Of a stretch of DNA of 64,000 bases, positions 36,691 to 46,997 are shown piece after piece (the first letter of the stretch is position 1; the number at the start of each line of letters is the position of its first letter). A program made the translations under genes and the position numbers. Source of the DNA: an uncultured Magnetococcales bacterium (GTDB lineage Bacteria; Pseudomonadota; Alphaproteobacteria; UBA2136). The stretch covers positions 127,396-191,395 of the forward strand of contig CAXBBG010000002.1 in NCBI GenBank assembly GCA_963974105.1. Reading direction: 5' to 3'. The notes below the pieces were generated by a model. The model had not been told where the DNA came from. It was given only the letters and a program-made list of their open reading frames with translations, and made no database searches.

Positions 36691-38859
36691 CTATTTTAGT
36701 TTTCCAGCTTCGTAAAGTGGTTTAAGCTTAGCGACATATTCAAGCGAAGCGGGGAAGTCGGCCTGAATTTCCAAAGATTTTAAGAAGTGGTTATAAGCTT
36801 CTAAATTACGTCCAATGTAAAGCAATGAAATGGCATATACCGCGTGCGCATTTGGAGTGTAATATGAAAGTTCTAGAGCGCGTTTGGCATGTTCATGTCC
36901 GCTTACAATAAGCTTTGTTGCAAGTCCTTTATCACCTGCGTTTAATACACGCTGCCCCTCACGCATTTTTAACATGGCAATGTTTATCAAGGTATTTTGT
37001 GCGTATGGGTCGTATTTTAAAGCTTCTTCTAAGGTTTTAATGCGGTCTTCGTATGATATAACAGCTTTACTGTTTGGTTTAGTGCTGTCATGTGCCATGG
37101 TTATAACGCCATGAATTTCACGCTCGCGCGGGTTAAATGTATAATAATTGTGAGACTTGTTTATAAGGTACAAAGTTGTATCATTATTTTGTCCAATTCT
37201 TGAAAGGCCAAGCGCGGGCTTTAGATATTTTGTACCTTCACGGCGCATGTAGTTGTCGTAAGTTGTAAATATCAGCGCTGCAAAGACAATAACGCCAAGT
37301 GTTGCTGTAACGACTTTGTTTGGAAGTGGTGTTTCGAGTGCCCATCCTTTATGTGCATTTTTTATATTCAGGGCATATAAGCCTGTCATTATGCCTGCTA
37401 ATAGCCAAAGTACAGCTGGTGCTGTTGGCATTTGTAGAGGGAAGTCACCTAAAGAATTGACGCACATACCGCCAATGGCGAGTAATATGAAGAATGAAAA
37501 GACCTTTGTTTTTTCTGTGGTTTTTTCATTTTTTCCAAGGCGCCATGCCATGATAAGCGGACTTAAAAAGATGAATAAGTGGGCAGCGCCACCAACAACG
37601 CCTAATTCAACAAAAGCTTGAAACATGTCATTGTGCATGCGACGTGGTCTAGCTGCAAGGTTGTAACCTGTTTTTGGTGTAAGGACCGATGACTTAAAAT
37701 ATTTTGGGTAAATCGTATGGAAACCACCAAGCCCTACACCAAAAGGGTAGTCCATGATGATATCTACACCGTTAATATTGTAAGCAGATCGCACGCTAAG
37801 TTCACCTTCACTGATACCGCCAATGCTTGAAAATTGTTGGCTGACTGTTTTGTCCATAGAGTGGAACGTTTGTCCTGTTCTGTTTAAATTACTATTGTAT
37901 GAAGATGCCCAAAAAATAATAAGTAGAGATGTTAAAATGGCAATAATTTTAGCCATATTAAATTGTGATAAAACGGCTTTGCGTTGTGGTTTGTTAATGC
38001 TGAGCCAAAAAATAGCAAAAACGATAACGGCTATGGCACTTATCCAGCTACCACGTGAACGCGTGTAAATAAGGAATATACTTGCCAGTGTGAAGGCTAT
38101 GCTTGAAAGTATAAGCCTGAAGTTTCTTTTACTTGTAAGCATTAAATAAAGCATAAGGGGGATGCACATCACCATGTATGAAGCGGCTAAATTTTTATTC
38201 GCAAAGGCGCCAGCAGGTGGTGCTGACTGTTGGAAAAAGTTTATAAATGTTATCTTATCAACAAAGGGTAAGTAATTTGCAATTTGCACATCACTTACAG
38301 CAAAAAACTGTAAAATACCCAACATGGCGTTAAAAGCAACGCCAATAGCTAAAAGCCAAGCAAGGTTTCGGTACCAAATTTCGTGGCGTAAATGTAAGGC
38401 AAAAGTAAACACCAAAGCGTAGCCTACAAGGTTTTTAAGAAACCACCAGTTGTTTGGTAGGCTTAAACCCCATATCATAGTCAGAAAACCAAAAAACACA
38501 GTGATGGCAACAGCCCACGATGTAGGTGTGAGCTTTAAGTTTAGTGTGAACTTTTCACCTTTTTTGCTTTGCATAAAACAGTGTGTCAAAAAGACGCAAA
38601 TAAGGGCAAGGCCTGTAAAGTGCATCATATACCAACGCATGTCACCCGCAACTTCAGGTACGGCAAAGTCGTAAGCGAAAGGAATTGTTAATATAAGGGT
38701 TGAAATGGTAAAGCGTGCAAATGTGTAATACCATTTTGCATTTTCATCGTTATTTACAGGTGCCATAAATTGGCGCACGGGCTTAAGCAACCCAGCAAGA
38801 TATATAAACATCACCATTTTTAATACGAATGGGAAATATGAAATTGTAAAAGTATCCAT
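36691..38859 (-). CDS. O-antigen ligase/polymerase family (Wzy_C) membrane protein with C-terminal TPR domain
   Basis: 722 aa, about 12 TM helices. YTRSRGSWISAIAVIVFAIFW and a periplasmic loop with RRMHNDMFQAFVELG (the R...H motif of Wzy_C/WaaL-type proteins). The last ~170 aa are TPR-like (YDPYAQNTLINIAMLKMREG..., AYNHFLKSLEIQADF). Confidence 0.7.
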   Translation of the reverse strand: MDTFTISYFPFVLKMVMFIYLAGLLKPVRQFMAPVNNDENAKWYYTFARFTISTLILTIPFAYDFAVPEVAGDMRWYMMHFTGLALICVFLTHCFMQSKKGEKFTLNLKLTPTSWAVAITVFFGFLTMIWGLSLPNNWWFLKNLVGYALVFTFALHLRHEIWYRNLAWLLAIGVAFNAMLGILQFFAVSDVQIANYLPFVDKITFINFFQQSAPPAGAFANKNLAASYMVMCIPLMLYLMLTSKRNFRLILSSIAFTLASIFLIYTRSRGSWISAIAVIVFAIFWLSINKPQRKAVLSQFNMAKIIAILTSLLIIFWASSYNSNLNRTGQTFHSMDKTVSQQFSSIGGISEGELSVRSAYNINGVDIIMDYPFGVGLGGFHTIYPKYFKSSVLTPKTGYNLAARPRRMHNDMFQAFVELGVVGGAAHLFIFLSPLIMAWRLGKNEKTTEKTKVFSFFILLAIGGMCVNSLGDFPLQMPTAPAVLWLLAGIMTGLYALNIKNAHKGWALETPLPNKVVTATLGVIVFAALIFTTYDNYMRREGTKYLKPALGLSRIGQNNDTTLYLINKSHNYYTFNPREREIHGVITMAHDSTKPNSKAVISYEDRIKTLEEALKYDPYAQNTLINIAMLKMREGQRVLNAGDKGLATKLIVSGHEHAKRALELSYYTPNAHAVYAISLLYIGRNLEAYNHFLKSLEIQADFPASLEYVAKLKPLYEAGKLK

Positions 38860-38950
38860 GCTGGTAAATTCTGCCCTATATTTTTCTTATCATTTAATTT
38901 TGTGAAGTTTATATTGTTTTAGTTGTGAATACAAATGATTATCACACAAA

Positions 38951-38976
38951 AAAAAGCCCCTATAAAAAGGGCTTTT
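38951..38976 (-). terminator. Rho-independent terminator (minus orientation) after the 127-aa gene
   Basis: The minus strand reads AGCCC-TTTTTATAG-GGGCTTTTTTTT. Confidence 0.6.
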
Positions 38977-38982
38977 AGGTCG

Positions 38983-39366
38983 TTATACAAGTTTTGCAAG
39001 GGCAGCCTCTGTGTCTTCAATGATATATTGAATTGTGTCACAGATGAAATGCTGCACTTCTTTACGTTTGTTGTTACTCCAGTGTTTTGTTGGGTTTAAA
39101 AGTACTTCTTCTTCTAAATATGCCAAAACAGCGTTCATATTTTTTAAAGCCTCTCTATAGGTAATTTTGCTATAGGTCGGTAAAAAAGAGCGTGTGCTTC
39201 TTTTTAACTTTAAGCTTTTATGAAGATTGCTGTTCTGTGCGCCATCCAATACTTTGTAAAGAGAGTTATAAACACCTATAATACGGTGCTTTGTTATGTC
39301 GTTTTGCATCATAATAGGTAAGTGTGCAACGTTTTTCCATGCTTTTAAAGCTTGAATCGTTTCCAT
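38983..39366 (-). CDS. Hypothetical protein (127 aa, helical, basic)
   Basis: Clean ORF with its own terminator, divergent from groES. No motif recognised. Confidence 0.5.
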   Translation of the reverse strand: METIQALKAWKNVAHLPIMMQNDITKHRIIGVYNSLYKVLDGAQNSNLHKSLKLKRSTRSFLPTYSKITYREALKNMNAVLAYLEEEVLLNPTKHWSNNKRKEVQHFICDTIQYIIEDTEAALAKLV

Positions 39367-39445
39367 GATAAAAGTCCAGGTTAGGTATTATTAAATAATA
39401 TATGGTTGTTTTGTGTGCATGTTTCAAGTGGTTGTCTGTATCGAC

Positions 39446-39473
39446 TTGCATTTTGTGGGTAAAACGTTATATT
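39446..39473 (+). promoter_or_regulatory. Putative groESL promoter (TTGCAT-N16-TATATT; also readable as CTTG-N17-GTTATAT, sigma-32-like)
   Basis: Read directly about 65-90 nt upstream of groES. No CIRCE element (TTAGCACTC-N9-GAGTGCTAA) is present in the leader. Confidence 0.3.
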
Positions 39474-39537
39474 ATCTGCCCTATAGGCGCATATGCGCTG
39501 TAAAAAATGTTTAACCTAAATTAAGGATGTTATTCAA

Positions 39538-39840
39538 ATGAGTAAAACTAGTATTCGTCCATTACATGACCGTGTTGTTGTAAAGCGTTTGCCTCAGCAA
39601 ACAAAAACAGCAGGCGGTATCATTATTCCAGATTCTGCAAAAGAAAAGCCTTTAGAGGGTGAAGTTCTTGCTGTTGGTAATGGTTTTGTTATGCCCGATG
39701 GCACTGTGCGTGCATTAGACGTAAAAGTGGGTGACAAAGTCCTTTTTGGTAAGTGGGGCACCACAACGGAAATCAACATAAATGGTGATGATATTCTTGT
39801 TATGAAAGAAGACGACATTATCGCGATATACGAAGCTTAA
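39538..39840 (+). CDS. groES: Co-chaperonin GroES
   Basis: 100 aa; [13 protein letters not shown]..., [21 protein letters not shown]. Confidence 0.97.
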   Translation: MSKTSIRPLHDRVVVKRLPQQTKTAGGIIIPDSAKEKPLEGEVLAVGNGFVMPDGTVRALDVKVGDKVLFGKWGTTTEININGDDILVMKEDDIIAIYEA

Positions 39841-39926
39841 TATAACTCAAACAAGTATATACAAATATATATATGAATAAAAATAATATTAAACTTTAAC
39901 ATTAAATTATCAATATAAGGTATTGA

Positions 39927-41567
<1,641 letters not shown>

Positions 41568-41590
41568 TTCATGGTATAACCACTTTTATT

Positions 41591-41614
41591 AAAAGCGCCT
41601 TCGGGCGCTTTTTT
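41591..41614 (+). terminator. Rho-independent terminator after groEL
   Basis: AAAAGCGCC-TTCG-GGCGCTTTTTT. Confidence 0.88.
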
Positions 41615-41715
41615 CGTCATTTTTTCCTTGAAATACAATGCCGTATGCTATACATTCCACCTATAAAACCTACCGCCACGTTTTTGTGGTCTATCTTTTA
41701 TGGAGGCATAAATAT

Positions 41716-42150
41716 ATGTCCTTAACCTATGAAAAAGTTGTTAAAATTAACAATGATCGTTTGGCTCAACTTCCACGCACGGTTATTACCTCGCAGCTTG
41801 AAGCGGCATGCATTGCACAAGCCGAAGCTGTTTTTATCGACCCTGAAAATGCCGCATGGGAATTAGATAAATTTGATTGGATCGTTAAAATTGATCTCGG
41901 CTTATTTGATGACCCAAACAGTGCAGAAGTGAGTGCTTATATTCAACGCATTGGGCGTGCTATTGCGCACCTCGATGATGCTTTTGAAAATAGCAAGCCA
42001 AAGCTTGGTGCACGCTGTGTTACAAATTTTAACACGATCCAGTTAGGTCATATTAAATTTATTGAGAATTGTGTGCGTTTGCTGTCGAACCCCACACGTT
42101 TACAGCTTGAAATACGCATCCCGATGCAAAAAGACTGGTGGAATAGCTAG
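41716..42150 (+). CDS. Hypothetical protein (144 aa)
   Basis: ATG at 41716 (MSLTYEKVVK) preceded by GGAGG 7 nt upstream. The track ORF's 26-aa N-terminal extension from 41638 is rejected. No motif recognised. Confidence 0.55.
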   Translation: MSLTYEKVVKINNDRLAQLPRTVITSQLEAACIAQAEAVFIDPENAAWELDKFDWIVKIDLGLFDDPNSAEVSAYIQRIGRAIAHLDDAFENSKPKLGARCVTNFNTIQLGHIKFIENCVRLLSNPTRLQLEIRIPMQKDWWNS

Positions 42151-42265
42151 TGCATAGAATTTTTTTAATAGTATGTTTATGCATTCCCTTGTAAATATAC
42201 AGGGGAATGCTTATAAAAATAAAAACGCAACATCTCATCCTTACTTACCTTTTTAGGAGAATATT

Positions 42266-42649
42266 ATGTCATCACTTGTTCAGCGTATCGAAAAAAGTGA
42301 GCATCTTAAAAACATTAAGCCCTCAAACCCAAGGCATGCTATCGCACAAGTCAATCAGCAAATTAAAGAAGAGCTTTCTGCTTTTTTAAATGTCTGTGTT
42401 TCAAACCCAGAAAGCCAAAATTGGTCGGTGATTGAAGTGAAAAATGTGACGAAATGCAACGCGTATTTGTCTGTACTTGTACCACAAATGAAAGACGTCG
42501 ACTTTCGTCAGGCCACAGCAAGTCGTCTGGCAAGCGAAGTTTCTGCTTCATGCAAAGAACTTCTTTTAGCGCATAAAATTAAAGTGTCTGTCGCACTGTA
42601 TAATGCGTCACTCCGAGTCATTAAATTTAGAATACAAGCCTTGTCGTAA
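42266..42649 (+). CDS. Hypothetical protein (127 aa)
   Basis: AGGAGA Shine-Dalgarno 6 nt upstream, strong terminator downstream. No motif recognised. Confidence 0.55.
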   Translation: MSSLVQRIEKSEHLKNIKPSNPRHAIAQVNQQIKEELSAFLNVCVSNPESQNWSVIEVKNVTKCNAYLSVLVPQMKDVDFRQATASRLASEVSASCKELLLAHKIKVSVALYNASLRVIKFRIQALS

Positions 42650-42665
42650 GGCGCAATCGAACGAA

Positions 42666-42698
42666 GAGACCTTGCTTGTTTGAGCAGGGTCTTTTTTT
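42666..42698 (+). terminator. Rho-independent terminator
   Basis: AGACCTTGCT-TGTTTG-AGCAGGGTCTTTTTTT. Confidence 0.85.
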
Positions 42699-42756
42699 AT
42701 GATATACTGCCTTCAATTAAATACATTTTTATGACTTTTTGTGTAAGGAGATCCTT

Positions 42757-44475
42757 ATGAACAGTTCCTATAACAGCGCAACCGCTAAACGGATTGAACA
42801 AGGGCGTAGTTTGCGCCAGGCACCCTATGCGACAAAAATGGTCGATACCTTAAACTTTGCAACACTCTTTCGGGAACGTGTTACGCAAAACCCTTCAAAA
42901 GAATTTTTAACATTTGTTCCTAAAAGTGGTGAAATTACCCAACACACCTATGCTGGTTTTTACGCGCGCGTTTGCCAGCTGGCTAACTTACTTTTAAGTG
43001 AATTTGACATACAGTTAAATGACCGTGTTTCTTCTGTGGCTTATAACCACGAAGATACGGTGACACTTATGTTTGCATGTTTTATGGTAGGGGCTTGTTA
43101 TGTGCCTATTAACGCAGGCGAAGACGACGATCGTTTGGTATTTGTGCATAATAATGCAGAAGTAAAGGCGATGTTTGTAATGCCTGAATATGTTGAACGT
43201 ATTACAGCGCTTAAAGGTCAGCTTGAAACTGTTCAGTATTTTGTACAAATGAATGGTGATGAGGCTGAAGGCTTTGAGTCGTTAACCGATTTAATGGCAA
43301 CGTCACCGGTGGAATTTGAATTTGACGATAGAGCCACGCTAGATAGCGACGCGCTTATTGTTTATACGTCAGGAACAACTGGCACGCCTAAAGGTGTTTT
43401 ACTTCAGCAGTATAATTGCTTGGTCGATGCAAAAAATATTTGTGAGTGGTATAGCTTTTCAGAAAGTGATAAAGCGATGCTTATTTTGCCAATTCACCAT
43501 GTGAACGGCATTATTGTAACCTTGTTAACACCGCTTTATTTTGGTGGTTCAATTGTGTTAAACGAAAAATTTAGCGTCAGTAACTACTGGGAAACCGTTC
43601 AAGACTACGGCTGTACTTATGGGAGCGTGGTGCCAACCATTCTTTCGTTCTTATGCGAGGGAACTGACGCTAAAACAGCCAAAAAAGTTCTGCAACAACG
43701 CAAAAATAAGGTGAATCCATATTTTGTGATATGTGGAGCTGGTCCTTTAACGGTTGAAAGTGCTAAGCGCTTTGACGAGAAGTTTCATGTTAAAGTAAAC
43801 CATGGTTACGGTTTAAGTGAAACCACATGCTATAGCTGTTATTTACCTTTTGACCTAAATGATGCTGACTACAAAAAATGGATGAGTGACTTTGGTTATC
43901 CTTCTATTGGCGTGGCATTGCCGTGTAATGAAATGGATATCCATGACACAAATGGGAAGACTGTTGCTATTGGTGAAAAAGGTGAAATTGTCATTCGCGG
44001 TCATAATGTTATGTCCTGCTACTACAGGCGACCAGACGCAAATGCGGAGGCTTTTAAGTTTGGGTGGTTTAGAAGCGGTGACGAAGGCTTTTATCAGATA
44101 GATGACATTGGGCGTAAGTTCTTCTTTATTACAGGTCGTTTAAAAGAGCTCATTATTCGAGGTGGCGTCAATTACTCGCCGCTTGAAATTGATGAGGTTA
44201 TCAACAAAGTTGAAGGTGTAAAGGCGGGTATGGCTGTTGGTTTTGAAAATAACATGTACGGCGAAGAAATTGGTGCCTTTGTTGTTTTAGAGCCAGGTGT
44301 AACGCTGACAGAGCAAGAGCTTTTATCAGCTTTTTCTGAGTTACCATACAGCAAACGCCCTAAGGTTGTTATTGTGGGTGAAAACTTACCCGTGACTTCT
44401 ACAGGTAAATACCAGCGCAATAAGCTTAAGCCGTTGTTTGAAAAATGGTCTGATACTCAATTTAGAGAAGATTAA
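42757..44475 (+). CDS. AMP-dependent synthetase/ligase (acyl-CoA synthetase family)
   Basis: IVYTSGTTGTPKGV, GYGLSET, WFRSGDEG, TSTGKYQRNKL. ATG at 42757 with an AAGGAG SD; the TTG at 42739 in the track is rejected. Confidence 0.88.
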   Translation: MNSSYNSATAKRIEQGRSLRQAPYATKMVDTLNFATLFRERVTQNPSKEFLTFVPKSGEITQHTYAGFYARVCQLANLLLSEFDIQLNDRVSSVAYNHEDTVTLMFACFMVGACYVPINAGEDDDRLVFVHNNAEVKAMFVMPEYVERITALKGQLETVQYFVQMNGDEAEGFESLTDLMATSPVEFEFDDRATLDSDALIVYTSGTTGTPKGVLLQQYNCLVDAKNICEWYSFSESDKAMLILPIHHVNGIIVTLLTPLYFGGSIVLNEKFSVSNYWETVQDYGCTYGSVVPTILSFLCEGTDAKTAKKVLQQRKNKVNPYFVICGAGPLTVESAKRFDEKFHVKVNHGYGLSETTCYSCYLPFDLNDADYKKWMSDFGYPSIGVALPCNEMDIHDTNGKTVAIGEKGEIVIRGHNVMSCYYRRPDANAEAFKFGWFRSGDEGFYQIDDIGRKFFFITGRLKELIIRGGVNYSPLEIDEVINKVEGVKAGMAVGFENNMYGEEIGAFVVLEPGVTLTEQELLSAFSELPYSKRPKVVIVGENLPVTSTGKYQRNKLKPLFEKWSDTQFRED

Positions 44476-44591
44476 TTAAAATGTCTTTTATATGTATACA
44501 AAAAAGTGTACTATGGTGTAGAAATTATTATTACCTTCCCTTTTTCTAAAAGCGTCATTCTGGCGCTATATTACTTTTAGAGGTTCTTTTT

Positions 44592-44933
44592 ATGCCTATG
44601 AAATCTAAAACTTTTTTAGTGCCGTTTACGAAAGAGTTAGAAGCCCTTTTGTGTCTTATTAATGGCCACGCAGATGTATATGCCTATGCTGAAAAGCATG
44701 CAAGGGCAGTATGTACCTTCACGACAGATGATGATCTTGAACAACACCCTCACAGGGTTATAGAAATTTTACTATTAGAAATTGATGGTGAAATTGTGTT
44801 GTTGGAAAATAATGTTGGTGATGAAGATAAACTGTGGGGTGAGATTATAACAGAGTTATTTTCTTATCTTTCTGAAGAGGAAGTTGCGGGTTTGGTTGAA
44901 GTTGAAACAATACAGCCAGATTTAATGGATTAA
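44592..44933 (+). CDS. Hypothetical acidic protein (113 aa)
   Basis: ORF with an upstream AGAGG and a strong terminator downstream. No motif recognised. Confidence 0.5.
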   Translation: MPMKSKTFLVPFTKELEALLCLINGHADVYAYAEKHARAVCTFTTDDDLEQHPHRVIEILLLEIDGEIVLLENNVGDEDKLWGEIITELFSYLSEEEVAGLVEVETIQPDLMD

Positions 44934-44970
44934 ACTTTTTCATAAATTCTTAAAAGCTAATAACTCGATA

Positions 44971-44998
44971 AAAGCCTCCTGATTGGAGGCTTTTTTTT
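44971..44998 (+). terminator. Rho-independent terminator
   Basis: AAAGCCTCC-TGATT-GGAGGCTTTTTTTT. Confidence 0.88.
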
Positions 44999-45067
44999 AA
45001 GCTTAAGTTAGAGAAGAGTGGGGGATTCGAGATTGTTCTTTTTCGTTAAAATTTAATGCCTATTTGT

Positions 45068-45286
45068 CTATTTTTTATTATGTTTTTGCGGGAGAAATTG
45101 TACTGCGTAGCGATGTTTCCCCGAAGAATTTTCGCTTAGCAATAAGCGTTTCTCCAAAGATATTTTGCTTATTTGTAAGGGGGTGCTAGTATATCGTCTT
45201 GCTGTCCTGTCGTCATTTGCCACGGCAACGGCAATACATGAGAGAATAAATAGTAAGGTGCTGTTCACTAATATTAGTGTTTTCAT
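45068..45286 (-). CDS. Possible small secreted protein (72 aa)
   Basis: N-terminal signal-like MKTLILVNSTLLFILSCIAVAVA and a weak AAGGAC SD. Could be spurious. Confidence 0.3.
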   Translation of the reverse strand: MKTLILVNSTLLFILSCIAVAVANDDRTARRYTSTPLQISKISLEKRLLLSENSSGKHRYAVQFLPQKHNKK

Positions 45287-45359
45287 TTTTTAAGGTCCTT
45301 TGCGTTCTAAGTAAGTTTAGGATAGCGAAGGACCGTCTATACTGGCAATAAAAAGAATG

Positions 45360-45986
45360 TTATTTATTGTAGCGATCAGGGCGTGCAAGATGGAACCCTG
45401 TAATTTTATTGCAATTATTACAGCACTTTATTATATTTTTATAATGTGTAACATTAACATTAAATCTTTGAGCATTGTACATTTGTGGTATCAGGCAAAC
45501 ATCAGCTAAAGTGGGTGCGTTGCCATATAAAAAATCGTCATCGTCATCTAACATTTTTTCTAAAGCATCAAAGCCTTCCGTTATCCATTTAGCGTACCAT
45601 TCTTCCACTTGTGTTTCTGTGGCGTGAAGTTCATTTTTAAGATAAGCCGTTACACCGATATTATTTAAGGGGTGAATATCACATGCTATTAAATTGGCCA
45701 TGGCGCGTACTTTTGCACGGGCTTCTGGCTCTTTTGGTAAAAGCGGTGCGCCAGCACAGCATTCGTCTAAATATTCAATAATGGCGAGTGACTGGGTTAA
45801 AACTGTCCCATTTTCAAGGTCAAGTGCGGGCACTCGTCCTTGCGGGTTAATTTTTTTATAATCTGTTTGGCATTGCTCACCTTCAAGTAAGTTTACAGGG
45901 CGCACATCAAAAGGTTCTCCTTTAAGGTGCAAGGCAATACGTACACGGTAAGACGATGAGGAGCGCCAGTAATCGTAAAGTATCAT
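45360..45986 (-). CDS. maiA: Maleylacetoacetate isomerase (zeta-class GST)
   Basis: 208 aa; LYDYWRSSSSYRVRIAL (SSxYRVRIAL zeta-GST motif). Last gene of the homogentisate operon. Confidence 0.9.
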   Translation of the reverse strand: MILYDYWRSSSSYRVRIALHLKGEPFDVRPVNLLEGEQCQTDYKKINPQGRVPALDLENGTVLTQSLAIIEYLDECCAGAPLLPKEPEARAKVRAMANLIACDIHPLNNIGVTAYLKNELHATETQVEEWYAKWITEGFDALEKMLDDDDDFLYGNAPTLADVCLIPQMYNAQRFNVNVTHYKNIIKCCNNCNKITGFHLARPDRYNK

Positions 45987-46969
45987 CCTTTAACAACCTT
46001 TTGTTCGATGACACCAAATGGAGAAATACCGTCTTTATATGGCATTTCAATACGAATGATGTCACCAGGTTTCATAAATGGTGTTGTCGCTTCGCCATTT
46101 TCCATCATTTCTAGCATGCGTTTTTCGACGATACATGAAGAGCCTTTGCTGCGGTCGTGGTTAGAAATTGTACCAGCTCCAATAACGGTACCTGCAAAAA
46201 GAGGGCGCGTTTTAGCTGCATGATGAATAAGTTGAGCATAATTGAAATACATATCTTCACCTGCATCGCATCTGCCAAATTCTTCACCATTTAAAGTGCA
46301 AACCATGGGCAGGTGTAGTTTTGTGTCTTTCCAAACATCGCTGAGTTCGTCAGGTGTTACAAAAATAGGGGCGAGGGCGTTGTGTGGTTTAACATGAATA
46401 AAACCAAAGCCTTTGCCGAGTTCATTTTTAGCAAGCCCGCGCAAGGACACGTCGTTAATGAGTGTTATAAACTTAATATGTTCAGCAGCTTTTTCGACGC
46501 TAACACCTTGTGGCACATGGTCTGTTACCACAACAATTTCAGCTTCAAAATCTAAACCCCATGTTTCGTCTGCAATGGGTAAGTCTTCATGTGCGGCCAT
46601 AAAATTATCGCCTGTGCCTTGATACATTAAAGGGTCGTGATAAAGGTTTTGCGGCATTTCAGCCCCGCGCGATTTTCGTGTAAGCTCAACGTGGCTTAAG
46701 TAAACACTGCCATCTAAAAACTGATAAGAACGTGGAAGAGGGGCAGCTAAATATTTCATATCAAGGTCTAAAGCTTCAATAAGTTCAGGGTTGGCATCGT
46801 TTAAGCGGTTATAAACACACTGAAGTTCAGTGCTAAGTGTTTCCCAATTTTCTATGGCTTCTTGCATTGTTTTTGCTATATTTTTAGGGATAGCGTATTT
46901 TTTAAGATCCTTACTGACAACAATCAAAGTGCCGTCGCGTCCGCCTTGTTTTAAACTTGCGAGTTTCAT
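45983..46969 (-). CDS. Fumarylacetoacetate hydrolase family protein (probable fumarylacetoacetase of the homogentisate pathway)
   Basis: 328 aa; FAH-fold C-terminal half (...DFEAEIVVV..., ...GTVIGAGT...). ATGA overlap with maiA, immediately after hmgA. The function is inferred from context. Confidence 0.75.
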   Translation of the reverse strand: MKLASLKQGGRDGTLIVVSKDLKKYAIPKNIAKTMQEAIENWETLSTELQCVYNRLNDANPELIEALDLDMKYLAAPLPRSYQFLDGSVYLSHVELTRKSRGAEMPQNLYHDPLMYQGTGDNFMAAHEDLPIADETWGLDFEAEIVVVTDHVPQGVSVEKAAEHIKFITLINDVSLRGLAKNELGKGFGFIHVKPHNALAPIFVTPDELSDVWKDTKLHLPMVCTLNGEEFGRCDAGEDMYFNYAQLIHHAAKTRPLFAGTVIGAGTISNHDRSKGSSCIVEKRMLEMMENGEATTPFMKPGDIIRIEMPYKDGISPFGVIEQKVVKG

Positions 46970-46997
46970 ACTATTTTCCTTTTATGTTTGCGCTGGT

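Noticed and set aside
39367-39537. Search for a CIRCE/HrcA operator upstream of groES
   Set aside because: No TTAGCACTC-N9-GAGTGCTAA-like sequence is present. Only the unrelated palindrome GCGCATATGCGC was found.
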